From positions 310,001 through 374,000 of the IMG/VR virus record IMGVR_UViG_3300044797_000098: a stretch of DNA of 64,000 nt. One strand, written 5' to 3'. The notes beneath the pieces were generated by a model, which was not told where the DNA came from, did no database searches, and worked only from the letters and a program-made list of their open reading frames with translations. Position 1 is the stretch's first letter. Every line of letters starts with the position of its first letter. Shown here one piece after another: positions 28,647-39,297 of the stretch. A program made the translations under genes and the position numbers.

Positions 28647-30293
28647 TTAATTACTCTTCTTGATCATTGCTTTACAATCAGCAAGAAAATAACCCTTCAT
28701 CTGTACAAAAATCATTTCGAAAAACCTCTCACCAGATTTGGGGAAAGATTTCATCCACGATCCTTGCAAAAACTTCTTATGCGCCTCTTCTTTTACGCTC
28801 TTTGGGTTTTTCAGGAATGTCATTAGATACTTGCGATGATATTCTTCTTTGCTAATGTATTCCATATTTTCTGCGACAATGATGTTATCCAAAAATAGTT
28901 TGGCGAACGCTGTGCCTGCGTGTCCTTTTCCGTGTCGTTTTTCAATATGTGATAGCAAGTTTATTATTCCTCCACCACCGAATGCCCTTAATTCGTCATC
29001 AATTCTTGGCTGAACCATATCGAACGGTGCTAAAATTGGCTTATCTCCACCATCCGGTTCCCACTCTTGTAAGTAAGCGTTTTCTTTTTCCCATTTATTT
29101 TTTGCAGCATAATAGCCAACACTAAGTTCTGCAACTCGTTTTTCTGCTGCTTCATATAGTTCTTTCTTTACATTGATCATATTATCGAGATCGACGCATA
29201 CTTTTTTCTTGAACTCTTCTGTTAGCGTTTTTACATTTGCTGGAATAACTTTGATCGAAGATAGGTGTTCTTTTATTTCAATAGGAAAATCAGCGTATGA
29301 TGTTTCCCCTTGTTTTAGCAATTTTCTCGAAGGCTCATCTGGTATGTAATAATCTGTTGCTTTAATTTCTTGTGTAGAAAATGTATCGAGGCCAGATTTA
29401 TCTTTTAGGACCTTCTTGAATGTTGCCATTGTATCCGTATTCATATTCGGATACATATTGTCAATCAGTAATGCTGGTTTTTTAGTGGTTCTATTAATTA
29501 CGAAACGAACCATACAACGATTGAGCATCTTGCTACCATAACCCGGAACCTCATCTTTATCGGATGATATATAAATAACTCCTACATATCTTGATGATAT
29601 TGATCCTATTAATCCTCTTGATTGAGGCGCATTCCACGCTTGACACGATACAATACCACGCATAGATATAGTTCCGATATCCCAAGCGCCTTCTTCTCCA
29701 TATGAAGAAAAATTAACCATATATTTTTTATTCGGGATATTTACACGAGAAAAGTTTTTGAACTCTTGGTATTGGTCTAATTTCATTAGATTGACGCCAA
29801 GAGGCTCTAACTCCGTCCATATTTTTCCAGCAAGACGAAGAATTGCTTCATCTTTGCGGAATGTTGGGTTTTTATCACCATTGAATACATCTGATTGTAA
29901 TCTTAAAACTACTTTACCGTCTTCTACTTTGACACAATTAGCCTGTTTCATTGTATATTGAACGGTTTGTAGCAGGCTGATCATAGATTGTATTTTACAA
30001 CACAATTCGTTTCTATTTTTTTCTGTTGATTTTAATGCTGCTTCGAGAATGGGATATAATCTGCTTTGTGCTGCATACATCTCATTAAGTATTTTATTAT
30101 TGAGACGAGTTCCTTCCGTTGTTGCCTCAGCGGTATTCATAATTGTGCAAGGCTCTCGGAAGTTTGCAAGCCCAATCTTTGGAAAGACTTTATCTATTTT
30201 AGATAGGGATTTAAATACTTCGTGGTTTTTTATCCACTCTGGGAATGGTCGTTTAGTATTAACTATGTATTCGATACCTTTTGCGTTATTCAT
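28647..30293 (-). CDS. Large uncharacterised protein, family F copy 5
   Basis: EGAWDIGTISMRGIVSCQAW core. Confidence 0.85.
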   Translation of the reverse strand: MNNAKGIEYIVNTKRPFPEWIKNHEVFKSLSKIDKVFPKIGLANFREPCTIMNTAEATTEGTRLNNKILNEMYAAQSRLYPILEAALKSTEKNRNELCCKIQSMISLLQTVQYTMKQANCVKVEDGKVVLRLQSDVFNGDKNPTFRKDEAILRLAGKIWTELEPLGVNLMKLDQYQEFKNFSRVNIPNKKYMVNFSSYGEEGAWDIGTISMRGIVSCQAWNAPQSRGLIGSISSRYVGVIYISSDKDEVPGYGSKMLNRCMVRFVINRTTKKPALLIDNMYPNMNTDTMATFKKVLKDKSGLDTFSTQEIKATDYYIPDEPSRKLLKQGETSYADFPIEIKEHLSSIKVIPANVKTLTEEFKKKVCVDLDNMINVKKELYEAAEKRVAELSVGYYAAKNKWEKENAYLQEWEPDGGDKPILAPFDMVQPRIDDELRAFGGGGIINLLSHIEKRHGKGHAGTAFAKLFLDNIIVAENMEYISKEEYHRKYLMTFLKNPKSVKEEAHKKFLQGSWMKSFPKSGERFFEMIFVQMKGYFLADCKAMIKKSN

Positions 30294-30300
30294 TTTAGCC

Positions 30301-31881
30301 TCAATTTATCACTTTCGCTAATTCGAGTTTGATGAACTCTGTCATTGTTGAATATAAAAACTCTGTGAATGTTTCCATATTGACTGTTCTCGATGTGTTT
30401 GCTGACACAATCGCTTTAACATTTGCTAATACTCTTGGGAACGCCTTTCTTCTATTCATCATAAGGTCCATTAAGTATCTTCTGTAATAAGATTTACTAT
30501 CAGTAAATCCTTTACTATCTGTTTGCGGAATGTTTGTTAACATATGTAAAACTATGTTTTCACATAACGGCGTGAATGGTGTATTCATTCGTATATTTTT
30601 AATTGTTTTTTGTATTTCATCATCAACAATAAGATTACCATCATAGATATCTTCCATCTTTTTAGCGAAAAACAATGGAAGACCTACACGAAAACTTTTA
30701 ACATTTCGTTCGATTTCCTCTTTATTATTATTGAGAAAATAAAACACATTTAGATCGTGTCGTGATTTTAGCGGTGTGTCCTGATATGACCAATCTCTAT
30801 TAGATATTTGATCTCTAATTTTTTCTGGTGGTGAATAGATATGTCTTATCTTATTACCGAGTTCTGGTGCATAATACACCGGAAGTTTTGTTCTTGATTG
30901 AAGCGATTTTGTGAAAATCGTGCATACTTCTTTATCATATTCAGGATACATTTTATCGATTAAAATACACGGTGATTTTTCATCTGCATCGATTGCATAT
31001 CTAACAACACAACGACGGATCATCTTGGTTCCAAGATTAGAATAACTTGGGTGATCTTCTGATTTAACTCCTGATGTGAGGTAAATAATACCAACGAACC
31101 TCGATAGGATCGATCCTACAAGGCAACGAGGATATTCACCATCCCATCGCTGACAAGACTTTATTCCTCGCATTGACATTGTTGCAATATCCCAAGCGCC
31201 TTCTTTTCCTTCGGAAGAGAATATAACACTATACTCTTTGTTTGGCATATTTTCTTTGCTGAAAACTTTGAACTGCGTTGTTTGTTCGAGATTTATGAAT
31301 GGTATTCCAAAAGCACCACATTTATCCTTTATTGCATTCATTATGCGCAATAATGGCTCTCCCTTACGGAAAACATTCTTGCCTTTATCATCGACAATAT
31401 CACCAATTAATTTCAATACGATTTTACCATCAGCCGAAACGACTGAACCATTTATGACATTGCCATCATACGGATCCATATATGTATGAAGTCGTTTCAT
31501 AATATCAGAAAATAAGTATAAATCATTCATTCTGATTTTATTTGTTGCTCTATCTTCTTTTGAATATAGATACTGTATAGTATCAGCCATATTAAATGAT
31601 GCGTCTCTTGCTTGGGCAACCGCATCAGCCATTATTGCCATCAGATTAAATACATAACTTCCTTCTTTTTTAACATTTTCAAAAGGCTTATCGATTATTG
31701 TTTTATCAATAAAATTAGGAAGCCCAACATTACGGAAAACTTTTTTGACCTTTGTTGGATTTTTAAATAATGTATGCTCTTTTAGAAACGGTGGAATGTT
31801 TTTATCCTTAAAAAGATCTGTTGAAAGAATAACTTTACTGTCTGTGGTTTCAGACTTTTTAATTTTTGCTTCGTCTTTCAT
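30301..31881 (-). CDS. Large uncharacterised protein, family F copy 4
   Basis: EGAWDIATMSMRGIKSCQRW core. Confidence 0.85.
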   Translation of the reverse strand: MKDEAKIKKSETTDSKVILSTDLFKDKNIPPFLKEHTLFKNPTKVKKVFRNVGLPNFIDKTIIDKPFENVKKEGSYVFNLMAIMADAVAQARDASFNMADTIQYLYSKEDRATNKIRMNDLYLFSDIMKRLHTYMDPYDGNVINGSVVSADGKIVLKLIGDIVDDKGKNVFRKGEPLLRIMNAIKDKCGAFGIPFINLEQTTQFKVFSKENMPNKEYSVIFSSEGKEGAWDIATMSMRGIKSCQRWDGEYPRCLVGSILSRFVGIIYLTSGVKSEDHPSYSNLGTKMIRRCVVRYAIDADEKSPCILIDKMYPEYDKEVCTIFTKSLQSRTKLPVYYAPELGNKIRHIYSPPEKIRDQISNRDWSYQDTPLKSRHDLNVFYFLNNNKEEIERNVKSFRVGLPLFFAKKMEDIYDGNLIVDDEIQKTIKNIRMNTPFTPLCENIVLHMLTNIPQTDSKGFTDSKSYYRRYLMDLMMNRRKAFPRVLANVKAIVSANTSRTVNMETFTEFLYSTMTEFIKLELAKVIN

Positions 31882-31904
31882 TTGTCAAGTTTCTCCGATT
31901 ACTA

Positions 31905-33452
31905 CTATATTTTAGCCACTGTTTGATCGTTAGTCAAGTCGTTAGATTTATTAGTTAATAACTCTTTTAATTGCAATTTTATACCAGTCGATATTTGGTT
32001 ATGAGCTGGTTCAAGCAGTTTAGTAAGAATTGCAGAATTAATTCTTTCGTTTTTATTTAAATTGAAGTATTTGTTTATACGCTTAACAAAAGATTGTATA
32101 ACTTTTTTGTTATATTTTTTTGATAGAAAAGAAAAACATAACTGTTTATAGTAATCTGATGAACTATCGAATGTATTTTTGGATACTTCTTTTATTATCG
32201 TATCAGCAATAGAATTAAAATACTCGTCAGTCAGATATTTCATATCATTACAAACAATTATTTTTTGCAATGATTTTTTAATCTTATCGTTTTTTGATAT
32301 GCAAGATATATCTGAATTAAAACTAATTGGTTTGGAATGAGATCTAATTGCATTACGAAGTCTGGTTTCTCTATTTTTTAGATTTGTTTTGAGAGGTGGT
32401 TCTTTAATAGGCAATTTTGTAGCAACCATAGTATCCATATATGATTTTGTGCGTTCTGGAAGACTTTCTCTAATTTTATTAGGTGGAAGATATAGATTTT
32501 TAATCTGGATATAAGTATTATTATACGGATAGGCTACGACTCGTATTTTGTTATTTGTTTTATTTTCTATGAATGCCCTGAATGATTCCATCACTTTACC
32601 ATCATATTCAGGATACATTTTATCAATGAGAATAATCGGTTTTTGAGTTTGAGAATCAATTGTATATCTAACAACTGACCTTCTTATCATTTTTGATCCA
32701 AGACCATCAACATCTTTTCCTGATGTTAAATATATTATACCAACACAAGGATCAATAAGTGAGCCAACTAATTGTGTCTTAAATCTTCCACCCCAACTTT
32801 GACAAGACTTTATTCCACGCATAGACATTGTTGCAATGTCCCATAACCCTTCATTGCCATTTGATGAAAAAACTATTTGATAGTTTTTCATTGGAACATT
32901 ATCGGTGCTAAATCGTTTAAAATCTTTCATTTCTTCGAGTTTTGGAAGCACTTTACCTATGTGCAATGATTTAATTTCATTATATATTTTATTATATACT
33001 TTAAATATGCTTTCGTTTTCTCTGAAAACAATTTTGCCTTGTTGATCGAGAACATCATATGTCAATTTTATCGTTATTTTACCATCATCTGATGTTTTAA
33101 CAAAACTGGATATGTTATAGGTATCTGGCATTCTTTCAACAACATATCTCCAATAATTAAGTCTATTGATTTTTTCGATTGTTTTAGGGTTTTTATTATG
33201 ATTTTTATTTTCTAAAACATACGACTTGGCTCTAATCTTATTAGAAAGAATATAATATATTGACCAAAATAAATTATTACCAGCCTCTTTTGCAATGTCA
33301 GAATTGTCGAACTTACAAGTTTCGGAACAATTAAATAATCCTATTGATGGAAAAACTTTACTTACTTTTGTCAATGATGTAAGTTTTTTATGACTTACAA
33401 GAAACTTCGGAAGTTTTTCATTTTTTAGAAACTCTTGAATGTTAGTCCGCAT
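31905..33452 (-). CDS. Large uncharacterised protein, family F copy 3
   Basis: EGLWDIATMSMRGIKSCQSW core. Confidence 0.85.
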   Translation of the reverse strand: MRTNIQEFLKNEKLPKFLVSHKKLTSLTKVSKVFPSIGLFNCSETCKFDNSDIAKEAGNNLFWSIYYILSNKIRAKSYVLENKNHNKNPKTIEKINRLNYWRYVVERMPDTYNISSFVKTSDDGKITIKLTYDVLDQQGKIVFRENESIFKVYNKIYNEIKSLHIGKVLPKLEEMKDFKRFSTDNVPMKNYQIVFSSNGNEGLWDIATMSMRGIKSCQSWGGRFKTQLVGSLIDPCVGIIYLTSGKDVDGLGSKMIRRSVVRYTIDSQTQKPIILIDKMYPEYDGKVMESFRAFIENKTNNKIRVVAYPYNNTYIQIKNLYLPPNKIRESLPERTKSYMDTMVATKLPIKEPPLKTNLKNRETRLRNAIRSHSKPISFNSDISCISKNDKIKKSLQKIIVCNDMKYLTDEYFNSIADTIIKEVSKNTFDSSSDYYKQLCFSFLSKKYNKKVIQSFVKRINKYFNLNKNERINSAILTKLLEPAHNQISTGIKLQLKELLTNKSNDLTNDQTVAKI

Positions 33453-33460
33453 ATTATGAC

Positions 33461-35053
33461 CTATGGAAGTGGCAAGGGTTCGATTTTCATTTCGTTTCTT
33501 TTATCAACTACTTTTTTCAACTCTTCTTTTATTTCTTTTTCCATCAATGGGAAAACACTTTGCATCAATGGCACGAAGTTTCTTATACCGAAACGATGTC
33601 CTGCTTTTAGATACAACTCACCGTTTAGTTTTTTAATCAGTTCATTCTTTGACGAATGAATGGCTTTATTTCTATGATTGAAAAAACTATAATATACACG
33701 ACGAATATAAGTATCAGAATTAGTAAATTGTGTCTTATCAACATTATCAATTATTTGTTTGGCAAGACTACTACCGATAGCATTCAATGTATGATCATAT
33801 GAATAGTATCTATTTTTATTTGGAAGAATAAGCAATTTCATTGCTGGCTTTATTGTTCTTGGAACTTTTTCTATATCTATTTTTTTAATAGCATCAACAA
33901 ATGCTTTTGAAAAGATTTTTATGAACTTATTCTCTTTTTTCCTGCTATTTTTGTCGAATAAGACTGCTTGTTTGTCTTTTTTATTGCCAGATTGATTTTT
34001 AATTTTACAATCCTGATATGACTGAATCGATTCATATTCATCATACGGACGAGATTTACCTTCCCTGCTGGTGTCTTTTAGTTTCTTTCTAATTGGATTT
34101 AGTGGAAGATATGACTCTTGTAATAATTTGTAATCCATATTTTCAGCATAAAAAACATCGAACTTGTTATTGGTTTTTGTTTCTATAAACTTTTTAAATT
34201 GAGCAATAACTTTATTATCGCCCGATGGATACATTCTGTCGATTAGAATATACGGTTTATGGTTTTTACCATCAATAACGAACCTAACAACGCATCGCCG
34301 AACCATTTTACTACCATATTCATTAAACTTACCATTGGTCGTCATATAAATTATGCCAACGAATGGATCTATGACTGAACCTATTGTGCAATACTTGTAT
34401 TCTCCTCTATCCCAACTTTGGCAGGAAGATATACCACGCATTGACATAGTGCCAATATCCCAAGCACCTTCTGCACCATCGGATGAAAATACTATTTTGA
34501 ACCCATTATTCGGAATGTTGTCCGTGCTAAATGCTTTAAACGAATAAGCGTTCTCCAACGGATCTAATCCAGCAACATTTGCCTCTTGAAGCATTTCGCT
34601 TAATTTATTATATACTCGGAATAGACTTTCATTCTTTCTGAAAACTGGTCTATTATCGCCTTCTATTGTTATGTTGTCGGATAGTTTTAATGAAACTCGA
34701 CCGTTATTAACTTGAATAATATCGTTGGATTTTTTTAATTGATTGAAAACTGCTTGAAGCAGGGTGGAACAATTTTCTGTTTTTTCTTTATTGACTTTGT
34801 TTTTTATTGTCTTTTTATGCCTATTAAGTAATGTAATGCTGTATGATATTATAGCATTAATATCACCAATCAAAATACCAGCAGATTGCTTTGCTTGATC
34901 TATATTATCTACATTCGCATCCTCAATACAATTAGGAAGTCCTATTGACGGAAAGACTTTTTTGATCGTCTTTACTTCCTTGAAAATGGGATGAGACGAA
35001 AACCATTTAGGATATTTTTTGTCTTTAAAGATTTCTTTTATTGGTGTTGCCAT
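33461..35053 (-). CDS. Large uncharacterised protein, family F copy 2
   Basis: EGAWDIGTMSMRGISSCQSW core. Confidence 0.85.
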   Translation of the reverse strand: MATPIKEIFKDKKYPKWFSSHPIFKEVKTIKKVFPSIGLPNCIEDANVDNIDQAKQSAGILIGDINAIISYSITLLNRHKKTIKNKVNKEKTENCSTLLQAVFNQLKKSNDIIQVNNGRVSLKLSDNITIEGDNRPVFRKNESLFRVYNKLSEMLQEANVAGLDPLENAYSFKAFSTDNIPNNGFKIVFSSDGAEGAWDIGTMSMRGISSCQSWDRGEYKYCTIGSVIDPFVGIIYMTTNGKFNEYGSKMVRRCVVRFVIDGKNHKPYILIDRMYPSGDNKVIAQFKKFIETKTNNKFDVFYAENMDYKLLQESYLPLNPIRKKLKDTSREGKSRPYDEYESIQSYQDCKIKNQSGNKKDKQAVLFDKNSRKKENKFIKIFSKAFVDAIKKIDIEKVPRTIKPAMKLLILPNKNRYYSYDHTLNAIGSSLAKQIIDNVDKTQFTNSDTYIRRVYYSFFNHRNKAIHSSKNELIKKLNGELYLKAGHRFGIRNFVPLMQSVFPLMEKEIKEELKKVVDKRNEMKIEPLPLP

Positions 35054-35060
35054 TATGATC

Positions 35061-36464
35061 TCATAGGTATTTAGAATAGATTTTTGCGTATTTTGACTTC
35101 GGTGATTTCGGTTTCTTTGAAAGTTTTGCTAACTCTTTATTTATAATTGGAATTACTTTCTTTGATGCTTCTGATACGATTTTTTTTCTTATATTTTCAG
35201 TCTTTTTTGAAGGTGAAAAAAAACCATACCATACATCACTCATATGGTTGTTTATGGCTTTCTTTACATCTTCCACATCAGATTTAAATTCTGGTTTGGT
35301 TATATACCGCGGATTATCATTCCACAATCTTAAATCATCTAAAACATTAACATAATCGACATCTTTATTTTTTACATCTCTAATAACATTTTTATATTCT
35401 TCGGGAACATCTGCGAGTTTTAATTTTTTCACACACGATATAAAACTTTTTGCTACTGCATTATCAATTCGATCTGATATTTTTTCCAATTCTCTACCGG
35501 TCCTATCATCATAAGTTTCATCATCAGTTTCATCATCATAATCGATCTCATTATCGCGATATGATCTGCAATCGTAATCTAAATTGCTAACTACTTCGCT
35601 TGTCGGTATAACAACATTGGAACGCAACCCATTTTTTAAATCGATTATATCGAACTTGTTTTTAGTTTTTTCTTTTAGAAAAGTAATGAACTCTTTCATT
35701 ACGGCTTTATTATATTCAGGATACATAGTATCTATAACAATGCTTGGTTCTTTGCTTCGTTCTTTTACAACGAACCTAACAATACATCGACGAAGCATCT
35801 TGCTACCATAATCTGTTTTTGTGCCAGAGGTTAGATATATAATACCAGTGAATGGATCGACAATTGATCCGACTAATTTACCACAATACTCCTTACCCCA
35901 GCCCTGACACGAAGATATACCACGCATTGACATCGTAGCAATATCCCATAGTCCTTCCATACCATCGGAAGAAAAACGAACTGTATGTTTAGCGTTTGGT
36001 ATATTTATTGAACTGAATTGCTTAAAAGCACTAATGTTTTCTAACGCTGGAAGATATGATTGGTATTGTTTATGTAATTTATTATATACTTTGAATACAC
36101 CCTCGCCTTGTTTGAACACAATTTTTTTATCTTTATCCGCAATAGGTTTTGTGAGATTGAGGGATATTTTACCATCTTTTTTTACAACCGATTTAACAAG
36201 AGTATTAGATAGATTGCTTATCAATGTATAGTCTTGTTTATAAATAGGAATATAATTATGTAATGCACAACTCATATTTTCAACTAAATTTAACGCAGTT
36301 TCCTTTATTTCTTCTGTGTTATCTATGCTTACAACTTTTTCACAATTAGGAAGTCCAATATCTGGGAAGATTTTCCTTACAACTTTTACTGTTTTGAATA
36401 TAGGATGTTGTCTTATGAAGACAGGAAAATCTTTTTTAGCGAATATCTGTTTTACTGTTGGCAT
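35061..36464 (-). CDS. Large uncharacterised protein, family F copy 1
   Basis: EGLWDIATMSMRGISSCQGW core. Confidence 0.85.
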   Translation of the reverse strand: MPTVKQIFAKKDFPVFIRQHPIFKTVKVVRKIFPDIGLPNCEKVVSIDNTEEIKETALNLVENMSCALHNYIPIYKQDYTLISNLSNTLVKSVVKKDGKISLNLTKPIADKDKKIVFKQGEGVFKVYNKLHKQYQSYLPALENISAFKQFSSINIPNAKHTVRFSSDGMEGLWDIATMSMRGISSCQGWGKEYCGKLVGSIVDPFTGIIYLTSGTKTDYGSKMLRRCIVRFVVKERSKEPSIVIDTMYPEYNKAVMKEFITFLKEKTKNKFDIIDLKNGLRSNVVIPTSEVVSNLDYDCRSYRDNEIDYDDETDDETYDDRTGRELEKISDRIDNAVAKSFISCVKKLKLADVPEEYKNVIRDVKNKDVDYVNVLDDLRLWNDNPRYITKPEFKSDVEDVKKAINNHMSDVWYGFFSPSKKTENIRKKIVSEASKKVIPIINKELAKLSKKPKSPKSKYAKIYSKYL

Positions 36465-36467
36465 AAT

Positions 36468-36680
36468 TTATAGTCCTGTGATTTGTTTTCGATAGATTTC
36501 AATCTGTTCTGTTGTTAATTTATCTGAACTCTCTACACGAACTGCGAATGGAAGCCTTGCAAGTTCCCATTTAGCAACTCCTTCGTGATCATATTCCCAA
36601 TATGCAATGTCTCCACGCGACGAAGTAATCATTAGAAAATATGTTGCCATTTTTCTTCTCCTACGAGGTTTTATTAACAA
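36468..36680 (-). CDS. Hypothetical protein
   Basis: Tiling ORF; start may be MATYF. Confidence 0.55.
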   Translation of the reverse strand: MLIKPRRRRKMATYFLMITSSRGDIAYWEYDHEGVAKWELARLPFAVRVESSDKLTTEQIEIYRKQITGL

Positions 36681-37044
36681 GAAACTCTAAATCATTAAAT
36701 TTCAATAGTAATTCTCGTGTGCGAGACAATCTTGAATTATTCGCTTTGGTTTTTATTTTTTCTTCTATTTTTGTGCGCAATGCTATGTATGCTCTATCAA
36801 TCCAAGGCTGTTCCAATTTTATTCCACCGATATACACATTTGGAAACTTTGATTGTGGCTGTCCGCCAGTTCCCGAATAACTCATAAATCCAGATCGTAA
36901 TAATCTAAAAACTTTTTCTGGTCTGTAATCGCTAACGACTATTTGTTCAGGTATCTTTAAATTGTATGATGGAATTACGAATGAATACTCATTACAATAA
37001 GCCATCATTTTCATTAATTGATCCATTGTTGGCTGTGATATCAT
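36661..37044 (-). CDS. Hypothetical protein
   Basis: Tiling ORF. Confidence 0.6.
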   Translation of the reverse strand: MISQPTMDQLMKMMAYCNEYSFVIPSYNLKIPEQIVVSDYRPEKVFRLLRSGFMSYSGTGGQPQSKFPNVYIGGIKLEQPWIDRAYIALRTKIEEKIKTKANNSRLSRTRELLLKFNDLEFLVNKTS

Positions 37045-37205
37045 TTGATTAATCCAATATGTTTGAACAATTCAACATTAAATTCACCGAATGTTTTTCC
37101 TTTAATAAGGATATCTGGTTCTAACCAACGCACAATGCCTTCATCACTTTCAACTATCGTTCCCGTATATGATTTTGGTGTAAAAACTTTAACGTTCCTA
37201 TCCAT
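37041..37205 (-). CDS. 54-aa hypothetical protein (not in track)
   Basis: MDRNVKVF...IGLIK; fills the gap with ATGA coupling. Confidence 0.55.
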   Translation of the reverse strand: MDRNVKVFTPKSYTGTIVESDEGIVRWLEPDILIKGKTFGEFNVELFKHIGLIK

Positions 37206-37207
37206 AT

Positions 37208-37582
37208 TCATACCAGCGTTAAATACTTTGCTAAGTTTTCTTTGCCATATATTTTCTTGTTATCGAGAGCCTTTATATGTTTGCCATCGATATAGTATTC
37301 TGTTGTTTTGCCATGGTTTCTAATAATTGCCGGACCATCATCACGATGATTGACATATCCGGATGCCACATATTTATTGTATGTTTTTATTCCATGAGAA
37401 TACTCATTAGCATAACCATCTGGTGTTCTCCAACTTTTCGAGATACCATAACCATCTTTTCTATAAGATATGAAAAAATTAGGTAATTTTATTTCTGAGT
37501 TAATTCCGAATCGATCGGCAAGTTTATATATTTGAAACTGCGTTTCTAATACTACATATTTTATATATTCAATAGCGATCAT
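37208..37582 (-). CDS. HRxDGPA-motif protein, tag AKYLTLV
   Basis: NHRDDGPAII..EYYIDGK. Confidence 0.7.
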   Translation of the reverse strand: MIAIEYIKYVVLETQFQIYKLADRFGINSEIKLPNFFISYRKDGYGISKSWRTPDGYANEYSHGIKTYNKYVASGYVNHRDDGPAIIRNHGKTTEYYIDGKHIKALDNKKIYGKENLAKYLTLV

Positions 37583-37585
37583 AAA

Positions 37586-38575
37586 TCAATTCTCTTTACA
37601 CACATTCACATAAAAAACATTACCATCAATTTCAATCTTTTTTGCATCCTTAGGATCATCATTATATGACATCAGTGCAATTTCATTCGCGAGCAGTTCT
37701 TTTTTCAACTTATCTTTATACTTTACGATGACATTAGCGGGTTTTGGCATACAAAAGATTTCGATATATACTCGATCTGTCAATTCCAATTCGAGTTCTT
37801 TACGCACATTTTGCAATGCAGACTTAAAATCAGCAATAAATCCTCTTTCCAATAACTCATCGTTCAAGTTAGTATCAAGAATGATTACCCCTGATTTATT
37901 CGATGAGGAAGCATAACCCGCTTTTGATACGAACTCAACTTCAATATCTGCTAATGTTAGATCAATATCGCACATTCTAACTGCTTCTTTGTTTTCGAGC
38001 AGTTTATACAAGTCTTTACGATCAGCAAAACTCATCTTTGCCAGTTCAATTTTCAACGCATTACCTTGCTTGCCTCGTCCAGTTTTGCCAAGATTTCTAA
38101 AATTAGGCTTCAATACCATATCGGTGAATTGATTTGTGTCTTCGACGAATACAACTTTATCAACATTTAATTCATCGCCAAGCACATTAGCGTAATCGTT
38201 GTTCTTGCAATCAACATACACCATATAATTTTGCACTTGTTTATCTGCGAATAACACATATGCTGTGCTCAATGGTTGTCGATTACGGATTTTAACTTCC
38301 GCACGAACCTTATGTCCCATCTCGCACATATCACGAATTGACCGCATACGATAGATTAGTTCGTAATCGATATCACCAACTGGTGATTTATTTACACTAA
38401 CGATAGCGAAGTTCGGATCGTTTTGATATTCCGCCTGATATTCTTTGATCAACTGATCTGATTTATCATCAATGGAATTGAACGAGGCGAATGCAGTCCA
38501 TTGCTGAACAACACCTTCATCATTTGTGGAATTATAGCGAATTGTGTATTCACGCACGGTTTTTGTTTCCCTCAA
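37586..38575 (-). CDS. Stand-alone C-terminal part of a type-2 isoleucyl-tRNA synthetase (DUF5915-like); no catalytic core
   Basis: ID.EL..RM..IR.....G..VR....IRNRQPL and LDT.L..EL...G...DF..ALQ..RKE..LE.TDR; no HIGH/KMSKS. Confidence 0.75.
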   Translation of the reverse strand: MRETKTVREYTIRYNSTNDEGVVQQWTAFASFNSIDDKSDQLIKEYQAEYQNDPNFAIVSVNKSPVGDIDYELIYRMRSIRDMCEMGHKVRAEVKIRNRQPLSTAYVLFADKQVQNYMVYVDCKNNDYANVLGDELNVDKVVFVEDTNQFTDMVLKPNFRNLGKTGRGKQGNALKIELAKMSFADRKDLYKLLENKEAVRMCDIDLTLADIEVEFVSKAGYASSSNKSGVIILDTNLNDELLERGFIADFKSALQNVRKELELELTDRVYIEIFCMPKPANVIVKYKDKLKKELLANEIALMSYNDDPKDAKKIEIDGNVFYVNVCKEN

Positions 38576-38798
38576 TCAGTCCTGTTGCATTCCAGTCTTT
38601 ACCATTGATCCACTGCATAAGATTTGCAATACCAGTTAGATTTTCTACAACACCGGCTTTACGGAAGTTTTTACTTGGTTCTCTTGCTACATAATAGATA
38701 TGACCGCCCCAAAATTGATCGCCCATATAATTGATAGACATTTCTCTACCATTATTTTCTTCTTCCCAAGATATTCCGCCATCCATATCTATAATCAT
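38550..38798 (-). CDS. Hypothetical protein
   Basis: Tiling ORF. Confidence 0.55.
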   Translation of the reverse strand: MIIDMDGGISWEEENNGREMSINYMGDQFWGGHIYYVAREPSKNFRKAGVVENLTGIANLMQWINGKDWNATGLIEGNKNRA

Positions 38799-39277
38799 TA
38801 CAAAATCGCCTTGCTAAATTGTTTATAGTCTTTATATTGTTTAGTAATCCTATTCCAAAATCCCCACGAATTATTTTTTCTACTACCAGTGAAAAACAAT
38901 GTCCAAGGCCCATTATTTTCATCAATAAGTTCAACGCGATGAAAATCATTGTGTGTGAAAAAATTGAATGACAATGGCTTTACAAAACGACGAGTGATTG
39001 TATCATCGGGATTGCGTCGTTCTTCCCAATAACCTTGCGTCAATACGAAACTGAATGCCCACTTTGCAGGATGATGATGCAACAAGTATGTTTTTCCACC
39101 AACACCATCATTAGGATCAGTATCTAAATCGCTACTTCGGAAGTGGTGTAAAAATAGGTTTCCCAACTCTCTATCTTTCAATAATAGGTAATATCTTGTT
39201 AGATACGGATTGCCATCTGGTTTTGGAATTGTGATATTTGGGATATGTTCAATCAACGAACGAAGAATAGTAAGCAT
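38798..39277 (-). CDS. Cupin-fold phage protein
   Basis: LHHF..SD...HHHP..W..SFVL..GYWE...HRVEL...WTLFFTG; GGAG RBS. Confidence 0.65.
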   Translation of the reverse strand: MLTILRSLIEHIPNITIPKPDGNPYLTRYYLLLKDRELGNLFLHHFRSSDLDTDPNDGVGGKTYLLHHHPAKWAFSFVLTQGYWEERRNPDDTITRRFVKPLSFNFFTHNDFHRVELIDENNGPWTLFFTGSRKNNSWGFWNRITKQYKDYKQFSKAIL

Positions 39278-39297
39278 TGTTCTCTCCTAAAAATTGC

